Positions 1-13,457 of a stretch of 64,000 nucleotides of DNA are shown here, piece after piece. The stretch is from Eledone cirrhosa. Its lineage: Eukaryota. The position numbers and the translations under genes were made by a program. The DNA lies in assembly GCA_964016885.1 (NCBI GenBank), contig OZ024743.1, forward strand, positions 105,896,001-105,960,000, read 5' to 3'. The stretch's first letter is position 1. Each line of letters opens with the position of its first letter. The notes below the pieces were generated by a model. It had not been told where the DNA came from. It made no database searches and saw nothing but the letters and a program-made list of their open reading frames with translations.

Positions 1-139
1 TCGTGAGCTGCAAATATTTTGGTGGATATGAAATGAAATTAGAACCGTAAATATAAGTAACATCATTAATAAAAATCATATTTAATGAAAGAAAAACATG
101 AAAACTGTTGAGTGTTTGTCTTTCTGTGTGTAGCTATGT

Positions 140-390
140 CTAAAGTCTAAAGTCTGTCTAGAGACCAGGAGCTCATCCGGACGGTGCTTATCCCTGTTTC
201 TGTGGCGTGAATTGACTGAGAGTACAAGACTCGCACCTGGACAGAGTGCCAGTCCGTCCCAGAGTTAAAAACCCCCTACTATTGTTGTTACTTACTTTTA
301 GCTGCAGCAACCTCAAACATATAACCCAGTCTGGGAATCGAAACCATGGCATTATGATCGAAATTCCAACTCACTTACCACCTGAGCGGG
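140..390 (-). mobile_element. decayed tRNA-derived SINE
   Basis: Minus strand begins gctcaggtggtaag...ggtttcgattcccagactggg (A/B-box-like) and ends in short tandem repeats (gtctaaa on + strand). Confidence 0.55.
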
Positions 391-513
391 AATATGCAAC
401 AGTTGATTGTCGCTGCTCATATTTCATGCTGTGTACTCAGGGGATGGATGTGTAATGCGAAGCACAGAATATATTTGGCTCGGTTGAAATTCCAACTACA
501 TTGTAAGGACACC

Positions 514-515
<2 letters not shown>

Positions 516-604
<89 letters not shown>

Positions 605-624
605 ATATATATATATATATATAT
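516..624. repeat. (CA)n then (TA)n microsatellite, representative of dozens of (TA)n/(CA)n/(GA)n tracts in the window
   Basis: Directly visible. Confidence 0.95.
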
Positions 625-797
625 TTGTTTTTCCTTTTCCGTACAATTCCACTCGAACCGAGGTGAAACATTTGTTCTTGGTATGGTGAACTAACTGTTG
701 TGGAACTACCTATATATATGCATAACAGCGAATATGAGTAAACGAAGTTAATTTTAACCTATTGATACACACTTCTTCATTATATATATATATATAT

Positions 798-903
798 CCC
801 GCCGAGGTTAACTTTGCCTTTCATCCTTACGCGGTCGATAAAATAAAGTACCAGTAATGCATTGGAATAATTGGTGGCCTTGTGCCAAACGTAGAAACAA
901 TTA
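798..903 (+). mobile_element. 5'-truncated SINE (same family as 12957-13120)
   Basis: cccgccgaggttaactttgcctttcatcctt...gtcgataaaataaagtaccag core shared with several copies in the window. Confidence 0.8.
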
Positions 904-1107
904 TATATATATAAATATATATATAAATATATATATAAATATATATATATATAATCGTTTCTACGTTTGGCACAAGGCCACCAATTATTCCAATGCATTA
1001 CTGGTACTTTATATAACAAAGGAATTGTGGTAAGGAACCAGATGGACCATAACGCACCAGAGTACTCAATACTTAGTGTAGTAGAGTGGGGAATAGGAAA
1101 AAGTATG

Positions 1108-1205
1108 ACCCAGATGGCAGAGCTCAAGCCGTTTCGACGGCTATTTCTGGACTAAATTCTAATTTTTAGCCTGGTGAATAAATACCCGAATATGTCAAGG
1201 GGGTA
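1108..1205 (-). ncRNA. degenerate type I hammerhead-like motif
   Basis: ACCCCC UUGACAU..long stem II..GAAAC GGC UUGAGCUCU GCC AUC UGGGU. Confidence 0.45.
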
Positions 1206-1983
1206 TTTCCTTATATGGGAAGATTGTAGTTGTCAAGAGGATTGGTTAACATTTGTTGTAAACGCAAATAAGTCTATCATGGCATTTTGTGGGAGGTATG
1301 GGTGGCTGAACTTGCCTGTAGAACAATAGGGGAGTGAGTGGAGCGGTCAAGCATTGGAAGTGATATGTATACAGCAGATTCTAAGGATAGTGTATGAAGT
1401 GGAGGAGGGAGGTTATAGAATAGGTAAATCGAATGAGAGCAGGAGACAATGAAAAATAATAGAAAGAAAGAAAAAATTATGTAAAATTAGATAGTGAGAA
1501 ATGAATAAAAAAATCACAATGCTATCTTACAATGACAGGTTAATAAGTTGAGCATAGAAAAAAACTTGTAGAAATTGAGTAGTACCAGAACTGATACAAA
1601 ATTAAAGGGGTTTAACACGTCTGCTATAAGTAGTTAATAAAACGTGTTCGGCCAATTCTATCTTAAAATTACAGGGGTGGGGGAACTGATGCTACAGAGG
1701 CCTGATGGGATACATCGGGTAGGCGAAAGGGGAAAAGGATACGATGAAGAAAATAGGGGGTGGAAGGAAGAGATAGGATGAGACAGGGGGAAGAAAAAGA
1801 CAAAGAGACAAAGAAAAGAAAAGAGATACATCTACCCATGTAAGCTGGGGTTTCCCCTAACTTATTCGGCAAGTGTGTGTGAGGGGTATCAGCCCTTGTC
1901 TACCCACCCGGGTCATTATGGGGTTTGAGGGCGAGGTAAGTCCTACACAATCTGTGTTTGCATACGGTTACCAGCTCGTCTTT

Positions 1984-2727
1984 CTAGTTTAGGAGTTGGT
2001 CCTTCGAAAACAGCATTTGTAATGTTTCCTCCGAGCATACGTTACACGTACGGCGTCCTCCCATGTAAGAGTTAGCTCTGGACAGTAAGCTCCAAGTGAG
2101 ATTGTAGGTTATATTATTATCTTGGAGGTCCAATATGTGGCCCGAAAGTGTAGTGGCATGTTGCCGGACCGGGTTTCGGAAAGTATGTCGGTGTTGGTAG
2201 AGCCGGGTCTTGAAGTCACACGCGGTTAGTCTCATATAAACTTTGTTGGAGGTGTCCGTCCTCAGGTTGTACTGGTAGATCACGTTCCGTTCTCGGCATT
2301 TGTTGTTGAGGCGGAATGTAGATCTATCAGGGCAGTTACACCTCCTGGTCGGCTCTCCACTGATGTCTAGATTATTTCTTCCATAGGAGTTGAGTGTTTT
2401 GTTGTTTGAGGAGACTATGTTTTGTGCGAAGTTAGGTGTGGTTCTGCAGGAGAGTATGATGGTGTTTTTGTTGATTATCTTGTGGTAGCGGTGTCGTAGT
2501 GGGATGTGTTTTTCGAGGATTGTAAAGAAGATTTTCCAGATAGGTGTTGCCACCTCGGCATTATGGGGAGGATTTAACCACGTTACTTTGCGACAGCGGC
2601 GGTTTCGCCTGCTGGTTCCGCTAGGGGAAGCTGGATAAAAGGATATTTCCTCCCGGAAGCCACTCCGCTTGAGGGCCTGGTTGTAATGAGGCGCGTGTTC
2701 GTCGAATATATGCTCATTAGCGGACAA
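1984..2727 (-). pseudogene. PLE RT-thumb/GIY-YIG endonuclease fragment (Naiad-like)
   Basis: CNC...C..NVIY...VY...T..FKTR..QH..TF...TTLS....L......LTW......Y...CNVC.EE motif string. Confidence 0.8.
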
Positions 2728-2848
2728 ATGAGATATGCGGAGGGAGATATTTTTAACCTCCCACCAAATGCCATGACATACTTATTTGTGTTTACAACAA
2801 ATTTTAACCAATCCTCTTGACAACTACAATCTTCCCATATAAGGAAGT

Positions 2849-2945
2849 ACCCCCTTGACAAGTTCGATTATTTATTCACCAGGCTAAAAATTATAATTTA
2901 GTCCAGAAATAGCCGTCGAAACGGCTTGAGCTCTGCCGCCGGGGT
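2849..2945 (+). ncRNA. degenerate type I hammerhead-like motif (U3-A8 core)
   Basis: ACCCCC UUGACAA [56 nt] GAAAC GGC UUGAGCUCU GCC GCC GGGGU; the consensus with the left copy restores GUC. Confidence 0.5.
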
Positions 2946-2952
2946 CATACTT

Positions 2953-2996
<44 letters not shown>

Positions 2997-3419
2997 CTGA
3001 AAGTCTGTGAAAAGTCTGTGTATGCTTGCTTGCTTTTCTTTAATGTAATACAGTCAAAAAGGCACATAATGGGAAAATACTTTGAAAGGAAGTTACCCCT
3101 GAAATGGGCATACAAATGGAATAAAACAAATTTCGCGTAAATCGGACCACGGGTTCCCGAGATATGGGGTTTTCTGGATACCTTCATAAATAGAGAGAGA
3201 TAGAGAGAAGGATAGAGAGAAAGAGATAGTGGCTGTGAGAGAGTATATTAATTCATAGAGAGGGAGAGAGAACGAGACAGACAAGGAGAATGGAAGAGAG
3301 AGAGAGAGTTGCTGGAGTTGTGTATATATATGTGAGTATGTGAGTATTGTGTATATATATGTGAGTATGTGTATATCTGTGTGTCTATATAGATCACAGA
3401 CACCCACATACACCCACAT

Positions 3420-3451
<32 letters not shown>

Positions 3452-4989
3452 GTATACAAATACATACATAAACACACGTATATATATGTCTCTTCCAGTT
3501 TCACTTCATATTATATACATGACTGTGTCTATTTTAATTATTTAACAATTACTCATAAGTGAGCATGATTTAAAAAAAATTGAAGTGAAGGTGATGGTTT
3601 AGTACACACACACACACACACATATATATATCTATATGTATATATATCTATATGTATAATGAGGAAACCGTCACCGGATACAAACCCTCCGAAATCGGCG
3701 ATAAACTTGAAAACCTTTGCGATACTATCCAAACTATGTTCACTACTACCAACCCAGGAAAAACCAACGATGAACCATGTGAGATTGATTCATACAAAAT
3801 GAAAATTGGAACAATCCCAAAATGGAACAAATCCCTCAGAGACAGAAAGTTCTCTTTCTGGCAGATGATACAAAATCACAACAAAGCGGAGATATATGAA
3901 AAATGGCTTAACTCAACCCCTCTAACTCTCCCCCGTAAAATACAAATAAAGTCCATTCCAAATGAACCCGATCGTCAAAGACAACTTAGGGAAAGAATGG
4001 CATTGGAAAAAATGAAGACAGAAATTGAACTTCTTAAATTGAGGGCCCAGACAAATGAGGAAAAAATCAAAACCATCGATGAAGAGATCCTCCTGGAAAT
4101 CAACAATAAGACTGAAGGCCCCAAGGTAGAGAAGGTAAATTATGCAAAGGGGACTGCAACAGAGAAGAACTGAAATCCCTTCAACGCTGGGGAAAATATG
4201 CCGTTTGGTTCCTAAACTATGAATCGACTTTTCAAATGGATTACACCTCCAATAACCCGTTCATAAATATAGGAAAATCCATAACCGAACCGCACAACAA
4301 CTTCGCAAACCCCCCAGCTACTAACAAAAGAAGAAGGAAGAACCACACCGAAGATGAACTTCCCAACCTCGTTTCCATAAGAAGGAACAAAAACCCTAGA
4401 AGTCATCACCCCCAGAATGACCTTTACAACTTTCCCCGTTTAAGGAGATACCATACCAAATCACTCAACTACTACGCGGATGCCTCATCGTCAAACATAA
4501 GGAAAAGATACCACTACCATGATAGATGTAACAACTTCCCTGCTACAAGGGGACAGCAAGGTAATTTCCATTTTCTGAACTCTCGCTTCCACAATACACA
4601 ACAAACCCACACCACACGATACAACCAACAATGTAGGCCACCTATAACACCACAATCCAATATGGCACATAGAAACACAAATCCATACTCGCAATACAGG
4701 AACACCCCATCCAATCCACAACCACGAACTCGAACCACATTTTACAACAACAAGGGATATAACAAACACAGGAAACCACTTAACATCAGCAGACAACTCC
4801 TCTACCCCAACCATTTTTAGACACAGCACACAGATACAGGCAAACAAAATAACACAAGACAGGGAGGAGAAACCGAGAGTAATACAAATTATCAATCTAA
4901 CCAGTGCAGAACCAACACCCAACCTTATCAACTTACTCTCCAATGCTCTTAAATTCACACCGACTCCACTACGTCCTAACTACTATGAA

Positions 4990-7121
4990 ATGAAGGAAGA
5001 CATCACAGACTTCTATAGAAAGTTACCACTCAGTGAAGAACTATTCGACCAGTACAATGAGGATGAATCATTAGCCAGAAATAGAAGCAATTACACCTCA
5101 TCAAAAGGTAGAAATAAAATCCTGGACGAATTCTGTGAACACATCACGGACTTCCCTTACCAACACTGGCACAGACAAAAACACAAGCCAAACCTCAACA
5201 AGAAAGAATGGGAAGAATTAAATAGATTAAAAACCGACAGAACTATTACAATTAAAGAGGCTGATAAAGGGAGTACAGTAGTCCTAATGGAGACAGAATT
5301 CTGTATCAACTTAGCGCTCTCCACTTTGGAAAACGAAACAAACTACGAAAAGGATGAACACTACAATCAACAGAAAATTATGAGAAACTTAAAACCTCTG
5401 AACAACCAATACAAAGAAGGACTCACTAACAAGGAATTCAACTTCATCACAGACTTCACAAGTAAATCCAGCCTACTCTACGGTATCCCTAAAGTACATA
5501 AAATCGAATTAATAAGTAAGGCATGCAAAGAGCCACACACATAGTCATCAATGTCCCCTTACCCAATGATCTCAAATTAAGACCTATAATAGCAGGTCCC
5601 GCTTGCGAAACCCACTGCCTTAGCAACGCCATTGATACCCTTCTCAAGCCTTTTCTCAAACACATCAAAAGCTATATAAGGGAAGAATAGTTATGCTCAA
5701 TCATCTCCCTAATATGCCCCTTTCTGAACAAACCCTACTAGTGACGTTCGATGTAGTTAACCTATACTCCAACATCCCCCACAACCTAGGAATAGAAGCT
5801 ATCCAATTCTGGCTGGATAATTACCACAATGAACTCCCACAACGCATGAAAAAAGAATTCGTGATAGAGGGACTCAAATTTATCTTGGAGAACATTTACT
5901 TCGTTTTCAATAACAAATCCTACAGGCAGAAATCTGGGACCGCTATGGGAACGAAAACATCCCCCACTTATGCCAACCTAGTCATGGGATACCTGGAAAT
6001 CACCCTCTACACTAAAGTACTAAACAAATTTGGAAACACTCTCCACTTACACATAGAAAATAACTGGAGGCGATATCTAGATGACTGCTTCATCCTTTGG
6101 CACGAAAACATCGAGAAACTTAAAGAATTTCACACCTTTATAAATGGGCTCAACACGAATATTAACTTTACGATCGTATACAGCCATCAACAACCCCCCT
6201 TCCTCGACATCCTCATTAAGATTCATAACAAAAAAATAGAAACAGACATATACTACAAGCCCACAGACTCCAAGCAACATCTTCCTTTCAACTCTTGGCA
6301 CCCTAGACACGTTAAAATTAGTATTCCCTACAACTTAGCCAAGAGAATCTGTACTATAGTCTCCAACAAAAACACCTGTTACTTACGGCTACAAGTACTG
6401 AAGAACACACTCATAGGCAGGGCTACCCTGCATCACTGATTGACAATGGAATCCAACGTGCCCTAAAACTCAGTACCCAGGACCTTAGACACCCTAAAGT
6501 AAAATCAACCGAAACTAAAAGCTCTTCCATACATCTCCACACACAACCCCCTCAAAAATGAGGCCTTTGACACCATCCTCCAGAACATCCCTGTCTTAAA
6601 AAAAGACCATAGAATGAAACAAATCCTTCGAACAAACGATATCATAAAGAGCAAAAGACAATCTAAGTCAATGAAAAACATCCTAACACATGCCAAAGTA
6701 CTGCCAACCACAACAACGAAACCCACAGTAAAAAAAATGCGATAGACCCAACTGTGGCATATGCATCAACCTAATAATAGGTTCGGAATTCTATTTCAAA
6801 GAAGGACAACACAATTTCACATGAGCATCAGAAAATCTAATATATGTATTAACTTGCTCAGGTTGTCGAGAACAATACATAGACCAGACCAAAAACAGCC
6901 TCCGCCAACGCATGACTGTCCATAGATCCCAAATTAAAATACGGGAATACAGAAAAATACCACTGAGTGAACACATTGATACCTGGGCCGCCCAAAATCA
7001 TCCCATCTTTAGAATCTTTCCCCTCTACAGATTTAAAGATAATGCCACCCACACCCAGCGCATCAGCAAGGAATCTCACTTTATTAACAAATACGGACCC
7101 CGTCTAAACACTTCTCCCTAA
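4990..7121 (+). pseudogene. PLE reverse transcriptase plus GIY-YIG endonuclease, disrupted
   Basis: IKEADKG, LYGIPKVHK, FDVVNLYSNIP, GTAMGTK..PTYANL, WRRYLDD, FLDI, YYKPTD, CxxxxCxxC linker, NLIYVLTC..C.EQYI.QT...LRQRM..H. Confidence 0.92.
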
Positions 7122-7666
7122 GACGAAGCCACAACATACACACGTCAACATACATACCTACATCAGCATACATCCTACATACATTTCTATCCACATATAA
7201 ACACAATGACATACGTAAACACACATATTCTTTGATGCAACACAAATATACACAAATTTGCATACATTTTGGTGTCTATAGATATAAACGTGCCGACACA
7301 CACACACAAACATATACGCACACATGCATTGCACACTGATGGGCACATACATATTTGTACACAAGTATTCCCATACGGCAGGGCCTAATGGATTCCCCTT
7401 GCAGTACGTACAATCTGGACTCTCAACCACACCTTGGTGTTATGACAATACTATACATCATTTCACCACTTCTATTATTAATGTTTTTGATGTTCTTTTG
7501 AGAGAATCGTTTTTGCAAATTACTGAAAATATCGTATAATGTACACCATTTTTACTAGTATCACCAAAATACTGGTCCATCCACACACACACACATACAC
7601 ACACACATACACACATATACACACACACACACTTATACACACACAAACATACACACGTGTACACTA

Positions 7667-7728
<62 letters not shown>

Positions 7729-8277
7729 CTCCGTATAAGACAAGAGCTGAAAAATATCTTTCAACATGTTAAAATTTCCCCCACACACGTACAGACACAT
7801 TCATACTGTTCGAATCCCTCTACCACGAACCACTCTGCTACACACACACACACATGTTTGTCTTAATAGACACCTGAACTGTTGACCTTTCAACATGACT
7901 GCAATTCACACACACATCCCTACTGACCATTATCACAACAATGAACCTCTTTACTACACACACATATTTGTCTTAAAAGACTTATTTTTCAGTGACTTCT
8001 CAGTCAGACGAAAAAGGACACTCTTCCCCAAATCTACATTTGGCGCAAAATCAATTTTTAGCATTCACGTGATCTCTAACGACCAATCAAAATTGTTTTG
8101 ACTATAAGAATTTTTGCAACACGAATTGGCGCGAAACTTATAGTACTCATTCACGTGACATTCAACAACCAACCAAATCTTAATACCTCTGGAACCACCT
8201 TTTTCAAATAAAACAGGTAGAATTTCCAAAACTGATCAGATTAGAGCAAACATCACGGGCGCTCTATTTCAAAATCA

Positions 8278-8313
8278 TTTTTGAAAAGCATTAGAAATGC
8301 GCAACCGGTAAAA
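8278..8313 (+). ncRNA. minimal hammerhead-like motif (U3-A8 core; GAAA mutated to GCAA)
   Basis: UUU UUGAAAA GCAU UAGAA AUGC GCAAC CG GUA AAA; homologous to 61047-61082. Confidence 0.6.
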
Positions 8314-8468
8314 ACTTAAAACTTAAAACTAAAACAGAATACTAACCAATACTTATTACTAATTTGTAAAATTAGTAATTAAACTATATTTCACTGAGAA
8401 AAATTTGTCAGCATTTTCTTTTCCTTTTACTAATATATCAGAACTCGTGTGTTACACCTCTATTCCTT

Positions 8469-8500
<32 letters not shown>

Positions 8501-8628
8501 CGAATATGTATGTATATATATGCATATATATAGATACATATTTATATATATATATATATACATATATATATGAATGTGTGCGTCTGTATACTAAACCATC
8601 CGTATGTATATGCATATATATACATACA

Positions 8629-8660
<32 letters not shown>

Positions 8661-8950
8661 GATGTGTGAGTGTGTGTGTGTGCGTGTGTGTGTGTATTCA
8701 TATATATATATATATATTCATGTATATATATATACATATGTGTATGTATATGCATATACATACACATATGTATATATATACATGAATATATTTATATATA
8801 TGAATACACACACATGCACACACACACATGTGTATATATATATATATATAAATATGTATGTATATATATGCATATACATACGGATGGTTTATACACATAT
8901 GTATATATATATATATATACATGGACATATATATACTTATATATATGAAT

Positions 8951-8982
<32 letters not shown>

Positions 8983-9047
8983 GTATATATATAGAGAGAG
9001 AGAGGGAGAGAGACTGAGAGAGAGAGAGAGAGATAGAGAGAGAGACT

Positions 9048-9098
<51 letters not shown>

Positions 9099-9119
9099 AG
9101 AGAGAGAGAGAGAGAGATA

Positions 9120-9159
<40 letters not shown>

Positions 9160-9161
9160 CT

Positions 9162-9269
<108 letters not shown>

Positions 9270-9733
9270 AAGAGAGATGCAGTTGGAGCTGGGGAGACGT
9301 AGATATAAACAGAAAAAGATCTGTAATAGTCTCCACCCTTTGCTCTGATCTTCTGCTCACTCCATACATCTAACGATTATAGTCATTCATCTGAAAAGAA
9401 ACATATAAATCAATAAACAAATAAATACATAAATAAATAAATAAATAAACAAATAAATAAAAAAGCAAAAATATTGATCTTGCTCGAACATGTTTCATAT
9501 AAAACAATATTAAATGCAATGACTGGAAATTATAATTTTCAATTGTGAAATAACTGAACGACGAGCTACAGTTCTTTATTTGTTGATATGAATGGCGGCC
9601 ATAAAAAAGACCCATGTCTTAATCGCTTCAATGATTCTCAAGACAATTGAGATAAATTTCCTGTCATGCTCGTTAATCTATATCAACTTTCTCTTATTTC
9701 GCGACGATGATATGTTGAAACACGCAACCAAGC

Positions 9734-10053
9734 TCTTCTTCTTCTTCTTCTTCTTCTTCTTCTTCTTCTTCTTCTTCTTCTTCTTCTTCTTCGTCTTCTT
9801 CTTCTTCTTCTTCGTCTTCTTCTTCTTCTTCTTCTTCTTCTTCTTCTTCTTCTTCTTCTTCTTCTTCTCTCTCCTCCTCCTCCTCCTCCTCCTCCTCCTT
9901 CTTCTTCTTCTTCTTCTTCTTCTTCTTCTTCTTCTTCTTCTTCTTCTTCTTCTCCTCCTTCTCCTCCTCCTCCTCCTCCTCCTCCTCCTCCTCCTCCTTC
10001 TTCTTCTTCTTCTTCTTCTTCTTCTTCTTCTTCTTCTTCTTCTTCTTCTTCTT
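9734..10053. repeat. compound (TTC)n/(CTC)n microsatellite
   Basis: Directly visible; it abuts the truncated end of the Dong-like LINE. Confidence 0.95.
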
Positions 10054-12945
10054 GATGCTAATTGACCTTGCCCTTTTGCTTTTGCCAGTGATTTTATGTG
10101 CCTAGCAGCATCAGTTGCAAAAGTTTCTTTAGTCTGTCCAGCCTGGGTATCAAGCATGAGATCAGTAACATATTTCTTGCTCTCCTTCAAGATAGAATGA
10201 AGCTTCTTACTTCTTTCATGCTTTTCAACAAGTTTCAGCATACAGTCGTTAGATGTTTCAAGGTATTTGGCCAGTCCAATGATGGTGGTTTTGAAAACAA
10301 GTTCAAATTGGATCAGGCCACGTCCTCCTTGAGTTCTAGGAAGGTAAAGACGATCCACATCTGCTTTTGGGAGGTGGATAATATTACAGGTCAGTAACTT
10401 ACGGACCTTGGTGTCAATTCTTTTGATTTCACACATATTCCAGTTCAACACACCGAAGCTATAAGTGACAACTGGAACTGCCAAGGAATTTATGGATAGC
10501 ACCTTGTTACGAGCGTTTAGTTCTGATCTCCGAACTGCTTGTACTCTCCTGTAACATTCTTTCCTTATCCTCTCTTTCATTCTTGCATACTGTATACAAG
10601 AGCCCTCATTAATCCCTAAGTATTTATAGGTTTGTTCCTGCTCAAGTTCCTTTATGATTGTTTCAGCATCCAATTCAACTGAGTCTGAGTTGACAAGCTT
10701 CCCCTTCTTGAAAGTGGCATTTGCACACTTGTCAAGTCCAAACTCCATCCTGATGTCATCGCTAAACGTTTTTACTGTCCGCAAAAGGCCTTCCAGTTCG
10801 TCATTATCTTTGCAATATAGCTTCAAATCATCCATGTAAAATAGATGGCTTATTTTGTTGTTGTCAATTCTATAACCGTACCATGTTCTAATAAGTTCGG
10901 ATGTAAGGGGTATTAAAGCTATGCAGAAAGGCAAGGGTGAAAGTGAGTCACCCTGTAATATACCATAGTTGATGTTTATATACCTAGAGCACAGTACCCC
11001 AGTGGAATGAGACAATTGGAGATTCGTGTTCCATAATGAGATATTGTGTTTCAGGAAATGTGAGATCACAGGTGAGATTTTGAAGATGTGCAGTGATTTC
11101 AGAATTCATGAGTGTGGTATGCTGTCAAATGCTTTTTTATAATCGATCCATCCAGAACTGAGATTTCTGTGTTATTTGCAATTATATGAACCTCGTCGGC
11201 ACCCTTTTTGTTCAATGGGGAAAAGATTGTTCTCTCCAAAAACACGTATGCTTTTTCCATGAGAATAGAGGTTAATAGTTTATAAGTGGTGGGCAAGCAG
11301 GTTATGGGCCGATAGTATTTTGGATCTTTGGTTTCGTTGTTCTTTGGTAAAGGTTGGTAATGCCACTTGCTTTCCAATCAGGTGTATTTTTTGGATCTTT
11401 TATAATTCCATTAAACAGCTTGACCAATATATTATGAGTGCACGGGAGTGAGGAAAGCTAGAAATTTGGCACCCTATCTCTACCAGGAGATTTCCATTCA
11501 TGAGATTTATTGAGTGCAGTCCTAAGTCAACTATAGAGCTGTCTTCCCACGCCTGTTCTTCTAAATTTGTGTATGATTTTTCCAGGCGACTAATCCAATC
11601 TACATTAGCATTATATGTCTTCTGATCACTCCAAATCTTATTCCAGAAGTTTTCAACTATTTCTATGGACGGGGGTCTTCAATAATCATTTTTTTCGTCC
11701 CTACTTCTCTATAAAATGACTTGGCATTGGATGAGAACAACTTATTTTGCGTGTAGAAGTGGTTTCGCTTCTCGAATCTACGAATGTGTTGGGCTTTTAC
11801 ATGGACATTTTGTTTCAGAGATTCTTTTGTTGAAACTATTGCTTCTCTAGAAGACAGTGCATATTTTCTCTTTAGCTTTCTTACCTTCTTGGATCTTATA
11901 TAATTTCCAGCGGTTAACTCACTCAATAAAGATATTTCTCCTCTCATTACGTCAATCTCATTTTCGATTCTACTCCTCCAAATTGGTTTACCTCGAAGGT
12001 TCGACTGTTTTGTTTTTTTTTGTTTCAATTACTCTAGCAGGTTCTAGTTCTTCTATGGTTTCTTTTGTCACAGAATTAGCAATCATTATTTGTTTTCTAT
12101 TTTGGATTGTATTTGGGTGTTCTTGAAGTGGTTCTCGATCATTTATACCTGAATGTCTTACTACTGCAAGCTCATTCAGTATTGTTTGCTTTGATTCCTT
12201 CATAGTCACCCTGTGTTCTTCAGCAGATGTTTGGTTTTCAATTATTGTTTCTAAGTCCCTCTCCTGGTTATTTTCAGCGGGTTCAATAGGGCTTCTCATT
12301 TTTACAAACCTATTTGTAATTTGGTCAGATGGAGGCCTTTCAGTAAAGACTTGTGACTGGTTACTATCTCCAGGAGATTCTTCAGTTCTTTCATCATCTA
12401 TATTTATGTCATTCTCCACAGCCTGCTTGATCGCAATTAGTTCAGTGTCTGTGAGTCTATTATTTCTGAAGATATACCTCCTTACATTTGCAAACTTATT
12501 TCCATCCATATCACATCTGCTAGCTTGATTTCGATTTTTCCAGATTTTGTAGGATTTTAAAGTGTGTCTGTCTTGTGATGGCTTACCTATTGCATAGTAA
12601 TATGCATATATTACATTTTTATATTCTTCTCGGGTCCATTTCATCCGTTTAGGTTTTTCCTTTTGAGGTGGTTTTGGTGGTGGATCTGGAGGGCTCGAAT
12701 TGGGACAATCCTCGATCAAGTGACCATCGAGGTTCATAATTTGAGAACAGTTTGTGCAAGAGGAGGACTTTTCGATCTCAGGCAAGCACCTTCCTGGGGT
12801 ACGCGCTTCCTGATTAACCATAGGAAAAGCGATTGTATTAATTGTTATTTGTTCATCTCGCAGTACATGCCTGCGTTACGCATGGAATTGGACGTACATG
12901 GAAAGTTGCCCGGCTCTTTGGGTAGTGCATTTGCTGGCTGGTACT
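10054..12945 (-). mobile_element. R4/Dong-clade non-LTR retrotransposon, decayed, lacking the 3' endonuclease region
   Basis: RMKWTREE...YY N-terminus, YRPITCL.T.YKLLT, GILQGDSLSPL.F, SHLFYMDDLKLY, FGLDKC, YKYLG, DVDRLYL.R..GGRGL. Confidence 0.88.
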
Positions 12946-12956
12946 GAGATTATTGG

Positions 12957-13120
12957 ATTGGCAGTATCGGTAGAGGGTCGGACGCCCTGCTTTCAAGCAT
13001 AGAGTTACCTCCCTTTATGATCTGAGTTCAAATCCCGCCGAGGTTAACTTTGCCTTTCATCCTTACCGGGTCGATAAAATAAAGTACCAGTAATGCACTG
13101 GGTATTTGCTGGCCTTGTAG
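12957..13120 (+). mobile_element. tRNA-derived SINE
   Basis: A-box-like tggcagtatcgg, B-box-like gagttcaaatcc, shared core; several copies in the window. Confidence 0.85.
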
Positions 13121-13457
13121 TGGTGCGGCTGATATTCAGTTTCTATATTTACACATGTGGTCCGTTATTTTAATGAAGAAAATTATGTTATAAGGACGAT
13201 CCGTGTACAAAAGTTATTATTATTATTATTATTATTATTATTGAATGCCATGGTTGACGGAGGCTCGGCTCTGTAAGGTATAGTAATTTTTAACCGTTAA
13301 AACAATTGTAAATTGTTTAAAACTTGAACCAAATTGTTGATAAAGACACCCTCCTCCTCGTGAGAGGGGTCTTTCTGTCCGTTATTTGGCCCTTCGGGGT
13401 TAAATAACCAGTTATTGGGGTTTTGTACCCAAAATTTCATTTTAAACAAAAAACAAC

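Larger units (their letters stand above)
1012..2957 (-). mobile_element. 5'-truncated Penelope-like element (Naiad-like) with inverted pLTR arms 1097-1298 / 2757-2957
   Basis: Arms are reverse complements; internal ORF encodes RT-thumb and GIY-YIG; TA tracts nearby on both sides. Confidence 0.85.
3650..8465 (+). mobile_element. near full-length decayed Penelope-like element (Neptune-like)
   Basis: Frameshifted ORF pieces 3652-7121; long CA-rich 3' region ending in an HHR-like motif; TA tracts at both ends. Confidence 0.88.

Noticed and set aside
2995-3195. Segment resembling a non-autonomous Helitron/DINE-like body (aaatcggaccacgggttcccgagatat)
   Set aside because: Termini could not be identified; the resemblance is from memory only.
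9592-10065. Poly-F/L ORF and the poly-R/K tail of ORF 9678-11069
   Set aside because: Read-through into the (TTC)/(CTC) repeat.
13345-13375. CCTCCTCGTG resembling the L3 loop of an HDV-like ribozyme
   Set aside because: I could not build the nested P1/P2/P3 pseudoknot; a simple hairpin explains it.
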